This document shows, one piece after another, positions 54,921-64,000 of a DNA stretch of 64,000 nucleotides (its first letter is position 1; each line of letters begins with the position of its first letter). The notes below the pieces were generated by a model. That model searched no databases. It saw nothing but the letters and a program-made list of their open reading frames with translations, and was not told the origin of the DNA. Location: positions 9,851 to 73,850 of the forward strand of contig JAISSX010000043.1 in assembly GCA_031272885.1 (NCBI GenBank), read 5' to 3'. Made by a program: the position numbers and the translations under genes. The stretch comes from Bifidobacteriaceae bacterium. Lineage in GTDB: Bacteria; Actinomycetota; Actinomycetes; Actinomycetales; WQXJ01.

Positions 54921-57900
54921 CGGACGCGGCCGCCTCCAGTAGCACCTGGGCCAGATGCTTGCCCTGCACGCCCGCGAGGTCGGCCGCCTGAGTGCGGCAG
55001 GAAAACCCGTCCGCCAGGAAGACAGCGCCTTCGGGGGCTTCAGCCAAGGCGGGCAGCAGCGAACGCCGCGCCACGGCCAACGACATCTCGTAGCGGCCTT
55101 TCTCCATGCCGAAGTTGCCGGCCATGCCGCAGCAACCGGCCAGCGCCTTGACCTGGGCACCCAAACCGCGCAGCAGATCCAAGTCAGCCTGGTAGCCCAT
55201 CACCGAATGGTGGTGACAATGGGGCTGAACAATGATCTTGGTGCCGGCCAGCGCGGGCCCCCGCCAATGCCCCGCCGCCTTGGCCGCCTTGAGGAGTTCG
55301 GCCAGGGTGTGGGTGTGGGCGGCCACCGCCGCGGCCCTCGGATCATCCGGCAACAGGTCAAGCAGGTCCGACCGCAAGACCGCCGTGCAACTTGGTTCCA
55401 CTCCGACAATCGGGACACCGTTGACCGCAAACGGGCCCAAGGTGTCCATCAGGGCACTGAGGTGCTTCTTGGCGCCCCGCAGTTGGCCGGTGGTGATCCA
55501 GGTGAGGCCACAGCAAACGTCCGGCGGCACCAGAAACACCTGGTAACCGGCGGCCGAAAGGACCTCAGCCACTGCCAGATCGATTTCGGGCGCCAAGGTG
55601 GAACTGAACGAGTCGGCCCACAGCAGCACGGGGCCGGCAGGGGGCTTCTCGGCGCCAGGAGTCTCGACGTCAGGCATCTCGACGCCAGGCATCTCAGCTG
55701 TGGGTGTCTCCCCCGATGGCGCGCCGGCAGTCGGCGCACCCGCAGTCGGCGCACCCGCAGTCTGCGCACCCCAGAACGGCGTCCCCGCTGATGGTGCCCC
55801 AACGTCATCGGCGGTACTTGGCTGACCGACCCCACCCGCCAGCCCACCACCTGGCCCCGCAGACAGAGGTGGCCACCCGGCATCGGCCGCCTGGACAGCA
55901 AAACCACGGGCAGCAAACCTGGGCAGCGAACGGCGGGAGTCCATGCCTCCGGCACGCAACACAGCCTTGCCCAGCAGCGGTGCATGTAGAACCAGGTTCG
56001 CTGCCCACGGCATTTTCGTCGCCAGGCGGGTCCAACGCGGCAGCCAACCCAGCAGGTAGTGCACCCTTGGGCGCAGGTGGCCGGCGTAGCGGCGATAGAG
56101 CGACTCGGATTTGAGGCGGGCCATGTCCACCCCGGCCGGACAATCGGACGAACATGCCTTGCAGGCCAGGCACAACGACAGGGCTTCGGCCAGTTCGGGG
56201 GCAGCGAAACCACCGCCGATCAGCGAGCCATTGGCCAATTCCTGCAGCACACGCGCCCGGCCCCGGGTGGAGTCCTTCTCCTCCAGCGACGCCAGGTAGG
56301 ACGGGCACATGAAGGCGCCCACATCCGCGTGGCATTTGCCCACGCCGGTGCAGCGGTGCACCGCCTTGGTCAGGTCGCCACCGTCCTCCCGGAACTGGAA
56401 ACCGCGACGGGCCTTCTGGGGGCGGGCCGCCGGGCGGCGCAAGTGATCATCTAAGGCCGCTGGAGCCACAATCACGCCTGGATTGAGCAGGCCATCTGGG
56501 TCAAACAGGTCCTTGAACTGGGCCATGATGTCTTGGGCCGTGGGCGAGTACATCGCCGCCAGCAGTTCGGAGCGGGCCCGGCCGTCGCCGTGCTCCCCAG
56601 ACAGCGAACCCTCATGGTCAACCACCAGACGGGCCGCCGCGGTCATGAAGTCCCTAAACGTGGTGGTGTCACGGTCAAACGGGAAGTCGATCCGGATATG
56701 GACGCAGCCGTCACCCAAGTGTCCATAGGGCAGACCCTCCAATCCGAACTCCTGTAGCAGTCCCTCCATGGCGCGCAGGTAGGAACCCAGGCGGGCAGGC
56801 GGCACAGCGGCGTCCTCGAAACCGGGCCAGGCCTGATTGCCCGATGGCGTCCGGCCGCCCAAGCCGGCGCCGTCCTCCCTGATCCGCCACATGGCACTGG
56901 CCTCGGGGCCCCGGCGCAGGACGCGGACCGCTAAGGCCGGCGAGGCGGTCTCCATCGCCAGACTGGCGCCCTGCTGGGCGGTCTCGACAGTGTCAAATTC
57001 GAGCATCAGCCAAGCGGCGCCATCGGGCAGTGGAGGTACAGAACCGGCCCCCTTCGCCCGGCGCAGGCCATCCACCAGACGGGCGTCCATGCCCTCCAAC
57101 GCCAGGGGGTTGAGTGGCAGCAGAGCGGGCACGGCATCGGCCGCCTGTGCCATGTCGGCATAGCCCAAGACAACCAGCACTGGCGCCGCGGCGAGCGGAA
57201 CCAGCCGCACGGTGGCCTCGGTCACAAGGCCGCAGGTACCTTCTGAACCAACCAGCGCCTTGGCCAGCCTGTGGTTCTTCTCCGGGAGCAGGTGTTCCAG
57301 GCCGTAACCGGACACTTGCCGGCCGAAGCGGCCAAACTCGGTGCGCAAAGTGGCCAGATTCTGGTCGACCAAGTCTTGGAGGCCGGGTACTGCCGACAGG
57401 TCCGTGCCAGCTCGAAGGTGGCGCCCGTGGCCGTCGATCAGTTCCAGTGCCTCCACATTGTCGCTGGTACGGCCGTAGGCGATGGCGTGGTTGCCACAGG
57501 CGTTGTTGCCAATCATGCCGCCGATGGTGCAACGCGAATGGGTGGACGGGTCCGGACCGAAGCGCAGTCCGAATGGCCGGGCGGCCGTTTGTAGTGCGTC
57601 GAGTACCACGCCGGGCTCCACCCGGGCTTTGCGGGACTCCGGGTTGATGTCCAGAATTCTGGTCAAGTGCCGACTGGTGTCCACCACTACACCTGGTCCG
57701 ATGGCGTTGCCGGCGCAGCTGGTGCCGGCTCCACGCATGGTGAGAGGTACACCCAGGCCGCGGGCGACATCGGCCACACGGGCTAGGTCGTGCCCATCCA
57801 CCGGGTAGACCACCGCTTGTGGTACCACTCGGTAGTTGGACGCATCAGTGGCGTACATGCCGCGGGTCAGGGTGGTCACATCGACTTGGCCTTTGACTGC

Positions 57901-57957
57901 CGCCCGCAGAGCAGCCGCCAACTGTTCCACCGACGGCAGATGTGGGGCTGCACTCAT
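54910..57957 (-). CDS. FAD-linked, Fe-S-binding oxidoreductase (D-lactate/glycolate dehydrogenase-like fusion)
   Basis: DASNY, GPDPST, GSEGT, SGEHGDG, CTGVGKC, CLACKAC..DCP and CCG motifs. Confidence 0.9.
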   Translation of the reverse strand: MSAAPHLPSVEQLAAALRAAVKGQVDVTTLTRGMYATDASNYRVVPQAVVYPVDGHDLARVADVARGLGVPLTMRGAGTSCAGNAIGPGVVVDTSRHLTRILDINPESRKARVEPGVVLDALQTAARPFGLRFGPDPSTHSRCTIGGMIGNNACGNHAIAYGRTSDNVEALELIDGHGRHLRAGTDLSAVPGLQDLVDQNLATLRTEFGRFGRQVSGYGLEHLLPEKNHRLAKALVGSEGTCGLVTEATVRLVPLAAAPVLVVLGYADMAQAADAVPALLPLNPLALEGMDARLVDGLRRAKGAGSVPPLPDGAAWLMLEFDTVETAQQGASLAMETASPALAVRVLRRGPEASAMWRIREDGAGLGGRTPSGNQAWPGFEDAAVPPARLGSYLRAMEGLLQEFGLEGLPYGHLGDGCVHIRIDFPFDRDTTTFRDFMTAAARLVVDHEGSLSGEHGDGRARSELLAAMYSPTAQDIMAQFKDLFDPDGLLNPGVIVAPAALDDHLRRPAARPQKARRGFQFREDGGDLTKAVHRCTGVGKCHADVGAFMCPSYLASLEEKDSTRGRARVLQELANGSLIGGGFAAPELAEALSLCLACKACSSDCPAGVDMARLKSESLYRRYAGHLRPRVHYLLGWLPRWTRLATKMPWAANLVLHAPLLGKAVLRAGGMDSRRSLPRFAARGFAVQAADAGWPPLSAGPGGGLAGGVGQPSTADDVGAPSAGTPFWGAQTAGAPTAGAPTAGAPSGETPTAEMPGVEMPDVETPGAEKPPAGPVLLWADSFSSTLAPEIDLAVAEVLSAAGYQVFLVPPDVCCGLTWITTGQLRGAKKHLSALMDTLGPFAVNGVPIVGVEPSCTAVLRSDLLDLLPDDPRAAAVAAHTHTLAELLKAAKAAGHWRGPALAGTKIIVQPHCHHHSVMGYQADLDLLRGLGAQVKALAGCCGMAGNFGMEKGRYEMSLAVARRSLLPALAEAPEGAVFLADGFSCRTQAADLAGVQGKHLAQVLLEAAASDAA

Positions 57958-58101
57958 GCTGTTCAGTTTCTCACGCCGAGTCCTGTCTGGCTGGATTGCC
58001 AGTCAAGGCCCGCCCACAAAGGGCGACGGGATTGTGGGCAAAGCCTGCTTATTATTGACCCGACCGATCGCCGTCTGCCGGGAAGGCACCGACAAGGAGA
58101 C

Positions 58102-58665
58102 ATGATGTCAGACCCCACGCCGAACAGCGCCTCTGCTAACGATCCCACCGATCACACCGATGCCACCGGCTTGCAGGCGCAAAGTGGCGACCCTGCACCG
58201 GCGCCCAGCGCCTCGGCCGCCCAGCCGTCGGCCGATGGCGCCACCCCACCGCCTGGGTACGCTCAACCCGGCTACGGGGCTACCCCGCCGCCTGGGTACG
58301 CTCAGCCCGGCTACGGCGCCACCCCACCGCCTGGGTACGCTCAGCCCGGCTATCCACCACCTGGCTACGCCCAACCCGGCTACGGGGCTACCCCGCCGCC
58401 AGGCACCGTCTACACGCCCGCGCCGCCCGGCTGGACACCCAAGTCAAAGCTAGCGGCCGGCCTATTGGGCATCTTCTTGGGCGGGTGGGGAGTGCACAAC
58501 TTCTATATCGGCAACACCCAGCGTGGTGTCATTCAGATTGTGGTCACCATTGTCACGTTGGGCATTGGCAGCATCTGGGGTTTTGTCGAGGGCATCTTGA
58601 TTCTGGTGGCACAGCCTGGCACCAAGTGGGCTTTCGACGCCCATGGCTGGCCGCTGACGCAATAG
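58102..58665 (+). CDS. TM2-domain membrane protein with 13-aa PPGYAQPGYGATP repeats
   Basis: KSKLAAGLLGIFLG..GVHNFY.G TM2 motif; RBS AAGGAG before ATG at 58102. Confidence 0.9.
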   Translation: MMSDPTPNSASANDPTDHTDATGLQAQSGDPAPAPSASAAQPSADGATPPPGYAQPGYGATPPPGYAQPGYGATPPPGYAQPGYPPPGYAQPGYGATPPPGTVYTPAPPGWTPKSKLAAGLLGIFLGGWGVHNFYIGNTQRGVIQIVVTIVTLGIGSIWGFVEGILILVAQPGTKWAFDAHGWPLTQ

Positions 58666-58740
58666 GCCCAGCGGAAACTGACAGGTAGAGGCAACCAATC
58701 AGGCCCCAGGATGACGGCAAGAATGACGACCGGCATTGCC

Positions 58741-60540
58741 TTACGTTTGGATGGCCCAGGCCTCAGCTGCAGCGCGATTGGCTACCGCCCCATCTGCCAA
58801 GCCAACTGACCTCGCCGCCGCCGGCACTGCCATCGCCCCAGCCGCCTCAGGCACCACCTGCTCAGGCACCACCGGCTCAGGTGCGACCATCCCCGGGATC
58901 ACCGCCGCCGGCACCGTGTAGGACTCACCGCCTGGCGCCACCCAAGTGGTAACCCCCGTGGCCGAGTCGCGCGACACCCGCCACAGCGGATCACCGTATC
59001 CGTCCAAGTCATGCTTGACCAGGTGATGGGCCTTGCAGAGGGCATGCAGGTTCGAAGCAACCGTCTGTTCAACAGCGGGGCGCCACCGCCAGAATGGTTC
59101 GATGTGGTCAAGTTCGCATTCAAAAGCGGGCACACTGCACCCAGGGAACCGGCAGGTCTGATCACGTAGGCGCACCACCAGTGCCAGGAAGCTTGAGGGG
59201 AACCTCGAGTCGGTGGCCAGCCGTTCCGACATCCAGGATGATGGTTCGGACAATTCCCACTCTGGCTCGACCCGCGGCAGCGGCAGCCAGTCCCCAACCT
59301 TGCCGGGGGACGGCCCCTCTGTCGCCCCAGGCTCGTTCCCATCACTCGCGCATGCTGCTTCTGTAGCCTTGGCCCCCTTGGCCCCCTTGGCCGCCTTAGT
59401 CACCTTGGCCGCCTTTGCCGCCTTGGCTGAAGCGACCGACGTAGGACTCAGCGCGATCAACCGACCAGAGGCAGGATCCACCACTGCTCCATGCAGTCGC
59501 CGCGACATCAGCAGGTCTGCCTCGGCAACAAGCCCCAGCGACTCGCCATGGTCCTCGCCTTGGCTCCCATCGGGGGCTGGTTCGGTTGGGCGACCCCCAG
59601 CCGTCTCGATCCACTCATCGGCGGTACAAGTCACAACAGTGCGGACAGCCGCCAGGCCCGTCGCTCGGCCTCGGTTGGGGCTTACCACCCCGACTGTTTC
59701 CCCTGGCTCCAAGACCAGGCTCACAAGGAGATCAGCTTCCCGTTGGGCTTGAGTCCGATGGTCCTTCGCAAGGCTGCCGGTGCGAGTGCCACCAGCACCA
59801 CCCGCATTATCGGTCCCGCCGCTAGCAGGCGCAGCCATTGCCCCAACGCCAACCCTGGCCCGCGAGGTCAGTTCCGCCTTCAGTGCCCTGGCATGCTCGG
59901 TCCTCAGATAGGCCTTGAACCAGGACATGCCATCGCGACCCTCTTCAACCATGACATGGCGCCGCTGCGGTGCCTCCAACACCCGACGCCGTTCCGCCTC
60001 ACGATCGGCCTGCGCGGCGGCTGCCCGAGCCGCAGCTTTGGCTTCACGCACCGAGCCCTGTTCGATCTGCCCCCACACTGCACCGGCCACCTCGGCTGCC
60101 CGCTCGGGTGCCAAGCATTTCAACTCTTCCGCCACCACCGTGGCCTTGGCGGCGGAGACCACCCCCTGGCACATGGCCTCCTTCAGGCCGGGCAGTTGGT
60201 TGCGAGCCTGACCAAGCTCGGCCACTCGCCGGGCCTCCCCGGTCGACATCCCGCCAGCCAGGGCAACTTGCTGCACCATCGAGTACCGCTCGGCTGGATT
60301 CGCCGCGGCCGCCACCGCCTGGCTGGCCAGGTCAGCCGCCCGCCCTTGGCAATAGGTCGCGATCTGGGCATAGATACCTTGTGCCGCGGCCAGTTGGATT
60401 GGACTTAGCTCGCCGCCATCGACCAACGCCTCCAAACGCCCCAGACAAGCAGCGTTCTTGGGCGCCCTCCGCAGCGCAGCCAGGACCTCATCCGGCCCGC
60501 CCTCTGGCTCGGTATAGTCCCAGTTCACATCCACTTCCAT
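58741..60540 (-). CDS. DUF222/HNH endonuclease-domain protein (13E12 repeat family)
   Basis: RT.AQR.AD.L, RDQTCRFPGC, ELDH..P and NL..LC..HH..K motifs. Confidence 0.88.
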   Translation of the reverse strand: MEVDVNWDYTEPEGGPDEVLAALRRAPKNAACLGRLEALVDGGELSPIQLAAAQGIYAQIATYCQGRAADLASQAVAAAANPAERYSMVQQVALAGGMSTGEARRVAELGQARNQLPGLKEAMCQGVVSAAKATVVAEELKCLAPERAAEVAGAVWGQIEQGSVREAKAAARAAAAQADREAERRRVLEAPQRRHVMVEEGRDGMSWFKAYLRTEHARALKAELTSRARVGVGAMAAPASGGTDNAGGAGGTRTGSLAKDHRTQAQREADLLVSLVLEPGETVGVVSPNRGRATGLAAVRTVVTCTADEWIETAGGRPTEPAPDGSQGEDHGESLGLVAEADLLMSRRLHGAVVDPASGRLIALSPTSVASAKAAKAAKVTKAAKGAKGAKATEAACASDGNEPGATEGPSPGKVGDWLPLPRVEPEWELSEPSSWMSERLATDSRFPSSFLALVVRLRDQTCRFPGCSVPAFECELDHIEPFWRWRPAVEQTVASNLHALCKAHHLVKHDLDGYGDPLWRVSRDSATGVTTWVAPGGESYTVPAAVIPGMVAPEPVVPEQVVPEAAGAMAVPAAARSVGLADGAVANRAAAEAWAIQT

Positions 60541-60546
60541 ACAACA

Positions 60547-60575
60547 ACTGTACCAGACATCTCAACCCCTGACAA
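60547..60575 (-). promoter_or_regulatory. Sigma-A-like leaderless promoter of the DUF222/HNH gene
   Basis: TTGTCA-N17-TACAGT-N6-ATG. Confidence 0.55.
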
Positions 60576-60916
60576 CCCGCGCCCCAGACCGCCCCCGTCC
60601 AGCATCCCAACCAGCATCCCAACCAGCATCCCGCCCAGCCCCCCAACCAGCGCCCCCATCCAACCCCCCAGTTCGCGCCAACCACCCTCGCTACCGAACC
60701 GTAACCCCCACCACCGACATTCAGGCCGGATAGCCCCGGCGGCCAAACCCGCCGCAACCAACCCAAACCCCGCCCAACCCCCGCCCAAACCCCACCTCAC
60801 CTTGTGGCTTCCAGACAACCCCCATCCACCATTCCTGCACGTTTCACCAGGTGCCGCCCAACCTACGCCACCGTAGGCTGCCATTCAGTTGTAGGAATCA
60901 ACCGAAAGGAAGGCCT

Positions 60917-62533
60917 GTGGCGGCCATACACCCGAACCATCCCGTGACGGCCCAGCACGCCCTGGGTGACATTCCCCACCGCTCGGCCGCGCGCCACGGC
61001 GACAAGCCGGCCATCATTGACGGCGACGTCACCCTCTCCTACCAACAGTTCGCCCAACGGGTCGATGCCGTGGCCGCCGCCCTCCAGGCTCAGGGCCTGG
61101 TCAAGGGGGACGTCCTGGCGGTCCTCTCCCGCAACAACTGGCAGATGGCCGTCCTCCCTTTCGCCGCCGCCCGGGCCGGTGTCATCCTGGCCCCCATCAA
61201 CTTCCTACTCTCCGCCCCGGAAGTGGCCGCCATCATCAAACTGGCCCAGCCGAAGGCCTTCATCGCCGAAGAGCACCTGATTGAGGTGGCCCACGGCGCC
61301 CTCACCCTCGCCGCCGCCACCACCACCGCCGCCACCGCCGCCACCGCCACACAGACCGAACCCATCCTCCACCTGGCCATCAACCCCGGCCCTCGCGCGA
61401 CAGCCCACAAGTGGCCGGATGCCGCCCCATGGTTCGAACCCGGTCCCACCCCCCAACCAGTCACCATGGCGGACGATGACGTGGTCCGCCTCATGTTCAC
61501 CAGCGGCACCGAGGCCCTCCCCAAGGGCGTCATGTTGACCAGCCGTTCCCTGATGTGGCAGTACATCTCCACCATCTTTAGCGGCGGCTTCGAAACCACC
61601 GATGTCGACCTGCACTTCATGCCGCTGTACCACTGCGCCCAACTTGATGTCTTCCTCAGCCCGGACCTCTACGTCGGCGCCACCTCGGTCATTCTCCAGT
61701 CCGCCGGCCCGGGCCGCATCATCCAAGCCATCGAACAGCACGGCGTCAACAAGATGTTCGCCACGCCGTCCAAGTGGATCGAACTGCTGCACTCCCCCGC
61801 CTTCGACCCCGCCAAACTGGCGGCCGTCACAAAGGGCTACTACGGCGCCTCCCCCATGCCGGTGCCTGTCCTTCTGGAACTACAACAGGTCATGCCCCAA
61901 CTACGCCTGTGGAACTTCTACGGCCAAACCGAAATGTCCCCGGCCGCCTGCATCCTGCCACCGGAGGACCAACTCACCTACGCCGGCTCGGCCGGCAAAC
62001 CCGCCTTGAACGTCGAACTCGCCATCCTGGACCAAGACTGCCAGCCTGTGCCCGATGGCGTGGTGGGCGAGGTCGCTTTCCGCTCACCGCACGCCTGCCT
62101 GGGCTATCTCGGTAACCCAGAAGCCACCGACGAGTTGTTCCGCGGCGGCTGGCTGCACACCGGTGACCTGGGTTATCGCTCCGAAACCGGCCGGCTCAGT
62201 TTTGTCGACCGGGTCAAGGACACCGTCAACGTGGGCGGCGAAAAGGTCTCCTCGCGCGAGGTTGAAGAGGTCATCTACAAGCTCCCCGGGGTGCAGGAAT
62301 GCGCCGTCATCGGAGTGCCGGACCCGCGTTTCAACGAGGCCGTGGTGGCGGTGGTGGTGCCAAAGGATGGCGCCACCGTTACGCCCGATGGCGTCCAGGC
62401 CCACGTCCGCGCCGCGCTGGCCCGCTTCAAGGCCCCCAAGTTCGTCATCATCGCCGAGTCCCTGCCGAAGAACGCCTCCGGCAAGATCCTCAAGCGGGAT
62501 CTGCGAGATCAGTATCAGGCCGTGGCGTTGTAG
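60917..62533 (+). CDS. Acyl-CoA synthetase (AMP-forming)
   Basis: [21 protein letters not shown] and LPKNASGK motifs; GTG at 60917 behind AAAGGAAGG. Confidence 0.92.
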   Translation: MAAIHPNHPVTAQHALGDIPHRSAARHGDKPAIIDGDVTLSYQQFAQRVDAVAAALQAQGLVKGDVLAVLSRNNWQMAVLPFAAARAGVILAPINFLLSAPEVAAIIKLAQPKAFIAEEHLIEVAHGALTLAAATTTAATAATATQTEPILHLAINPGPRATAHKWPDAAPWFEPGPTPQPVTMADDDVVRLMFTSGTEALPKGVMLTSRSLMWQYISTIFSGGFETTDVDLHFMPLYHCAQLDVFLSPDLYVGATSVILQSAGPGRIIQAIEQHGVNKMFATPSKWIELLHSPAFDPAKLAAVTKGYYGASPMPVPVLLELQQVMPQLRLWNFYGQTEMSPAACILPPEDQLTYAGSAGKPALNVELAILDQDCQPVPDGVVGEVAFRSPHACLGYLGNPEATDELFRGGWLHTGDLGYRSETGRLSFVDRVKDTVNVGGEKVSSREVEEVIYKLPGVQECAVIGVPDPRFNEAVVAVVVPKDGATVTPDGVQAHVRAALARFKAPKFVIIAESLPKNASGKILKRDLRDQYQAVAL

Positions 62534-64000
62534 CTGGACCCAGGTTGAGTTTCAGCCCCGCCGCCCGGCGCGGTTCGGGCAGGCCGGTCTGGGCCCGTTG
62601 CCAGGCGTCTCCCGCCCGGGTGCGCCGCACCTCGAATAGACCGCCGGGCGCCAGGACAGAGTCGGCCATCAGGTGGTGGGGGGCGGCATCGGTCACTTCT
62701 ACCTGCACGATGTCGCCCGGTCGCGGTTCGGCGCGTCCGTCCCCGGAAGCGGGTAGCGCCAGGTGGACCAACCGGCCGTCCCGGGCGCGCCCGGAGACCC
62801 GCCGGGTGGCGGCGTCCTTGCGGCCTTCCCCCTCGGCCACCAGCACCTCGACCGGCCGGCCGATCTGCTTGTCGTTCTCTTCTTCCGAGATGGCGTTCTG
62901 CAGCGCCACCAGCCGGTCGAACCGTTCGGTCACCACCGCCGCCGGCACCTGGTCAGGCATCGTGGCGGCGGGCGTGCCCGGCCGAATCGAGTACTGGAAG
63001 GTGAAGGCGCTGGCGAACCGCGCCGCCCGCACCACCGCCATGGTGTCCGCGAAGTCGGCCTCGGTCTCCCCGGGGAAACCGACAATAATGTCGGTGCTGA
63101 TGGCGGCTTCGGGCAGAGCTGCCCGCACCTTGTCCAGCACCTCAAGGAAGCGTTCCGCCCGGTAGGAGCGCCGCATGGCCCGCAACACGGCATCGGACCC
63201 GGACTGGAGGGGCATATGCAGCTGGGGCGCCACCGCCGGTGTCCCGGCCATGGCCTCGATCACATCGTCGGTGAAGGCGGCCGGGTGGGGCGAGGTGAAA
63301 CGGAGCCGTTCCAGGCCATCCACGGTCCCCGCGGCCCGCAGCAGTTTGGCGAAGGCGCCCCGGTCGCCGAACTCAACCCCATAAGAGTTGACGTTCTGGC
63401 CCAGCAACGTCACCTCGATGGCGCCTTGGTCCACCACGGCCTGGACCTCGGCCAAGATGTCGCTCGGGCGGCGGTCGCGTTCCCGGCCGCGCAGCGACGG
63501 CACAATGCAGAAGGTGCAGGTGTTGTTGCAGCCCACCGAGATTGACACCCAGGCCGAATAAACCGACTCGCGCTTGGTGGGCAGCGTCGATGGGAAAACG
63601 GTCAGGGCCTCTGCGATCTCCACCTGGGCAGCCTGGTTGTGGCGAGCCCGCTCCAGCAACACCGGCAGCGACCCCAGGTTGTGGGTACCGAACACCACGT
63701 CCACCCAGGGGGCTTTGGCGACGATGCCGTCCCGGTCCTTTTGGGCCAGGCAGCCGCCGACGGCGATCTGCATCCCGGGGCGTTCGGCCTTGATGGCGCG
63801 CAATTGGCCCAGGTTGCCGTACAGCCGGGTGGCGGCGTTCTCGCGCACGGCACAGGTGTTGAGCACCACCACGTCGGCCACCGGGATGCCTTGGGCGTGG
63901 ATGGCGCCCTGGCCGGCGTGGCCTTCGGGCGCCGGGGCGGGCACGTAGCCGGCCGCCTCCAAAACCCCGGCCATGTGCTCGGCATCGTGCACGTTCATCT
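62490..64000 (-). CDS. miaB: tRNA-2-methylthio-N6-dimethylallyladenosine synthase (5' end outside the window)
   Basis: [15 protein letters not shown], radical [11 protein letters not shown] and C-terminal TRAM domain. Confidence 0.96.
   Translation of the reverse strand, partial: MNVHDAEHMAGVLEAAGYVPAPAPEGHAGQGAIHAQGIPVADVVVLNTCAVRENAATRLYGNLGQLRAIKAERPGMQIAVGGCLAQKDRDGIVAKAPWVDVVFGTHNLGSLPVLLERARHNQAAQVEIAEALTVFPSTLPTKRESVYSAWVSISVGCNNTCTFCIVPSLRGRERDRRPSDILAEVQAVVDQGAIEVTLLGQNVNSYGVEFGDRGAFAKLLRAAGTVDGLERLRFTSPHPAAFTDDVIEAMAGTPAVAPQLHMPLQSGSDAVLRAMRRSYRAERFLEVLDKVRAALPEAAISTDIIVGFPGETEADFADTMAVVRAARFASAFTFQYSIRPGTPAATMPDQVPAAVVTERFDRLVALQNAISEEENDKQIGRPVEVLVAEGEGRKDAATRRVSGRARDGRLVHLALPASGDGRAEPRPGDIVQVEVTDAAPHHLMADSVLAPGGLFEVRRTRAGDAWQRAQTGLPEPRRAAGLKLNLGPATTPRPDTDLADPA

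Noticed and set aside
62490-62533. 44-bp convergent overlap of miaB and the acyl-CoA synthetase
   Set aside because: Short 3' overlaps are common, and there is no sign of a frameshift or special function.
957-63948. Long antisense ORFs such as 957-2462, 8119-9396, 12487-14301, 32612-35083 and 45959-48082
   Set aside because: These are shadow frames opposite well-supported genes, expected in high-GC DNA.
1-64000. tRNA, rRNA, prophage, integrase or IS transposase genes
   Set aside because: None was recognisable by eye or among the translated ORFs.

Overview
High-GC actinobacterial chromosome segment (Micrococcales/Actinomycetales-like; taxon inferred from gene content and order only). Most of it is core genome: the dnaE 5' end, rluD-lspA-divIVA-yggT-sepF-pgeF-ftsZ, the dcw cluster (mraZ-rsmH-ftsL-ftsI-murE-murF-mraY-murD-ftsW-murG-murC-ftsQ), dinB, cspA, a HelD-like helicase, serA, nrdR-nrdJ, LysM/lexA, hflX, dapF, miaA and miaB. 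The unusual part is a ~13 kb block between ftsQ and ftsZ. It holds three paralogous YDG-repeat surface proteins whose LPYTG sortase signal sits near the N-terminus and is followed by a second signal peptide. It also holds several non-coding palindromic arrays whose motifs recur every 31 or 41-42 bp and flip orientation at the centre. Related inverted-repeat elements lie at 39.5 kb (21-bp period) and 44.5 kb. Other accessory items are a divergent aryl-alcohol/aldehyde dehydrogenase pair with a possible degenerate c-di-AMP riboswitch-like leader, and a DUF222/HNH (13E12-type) gene. All calls come from reading the sequence and translations; no searches were run.
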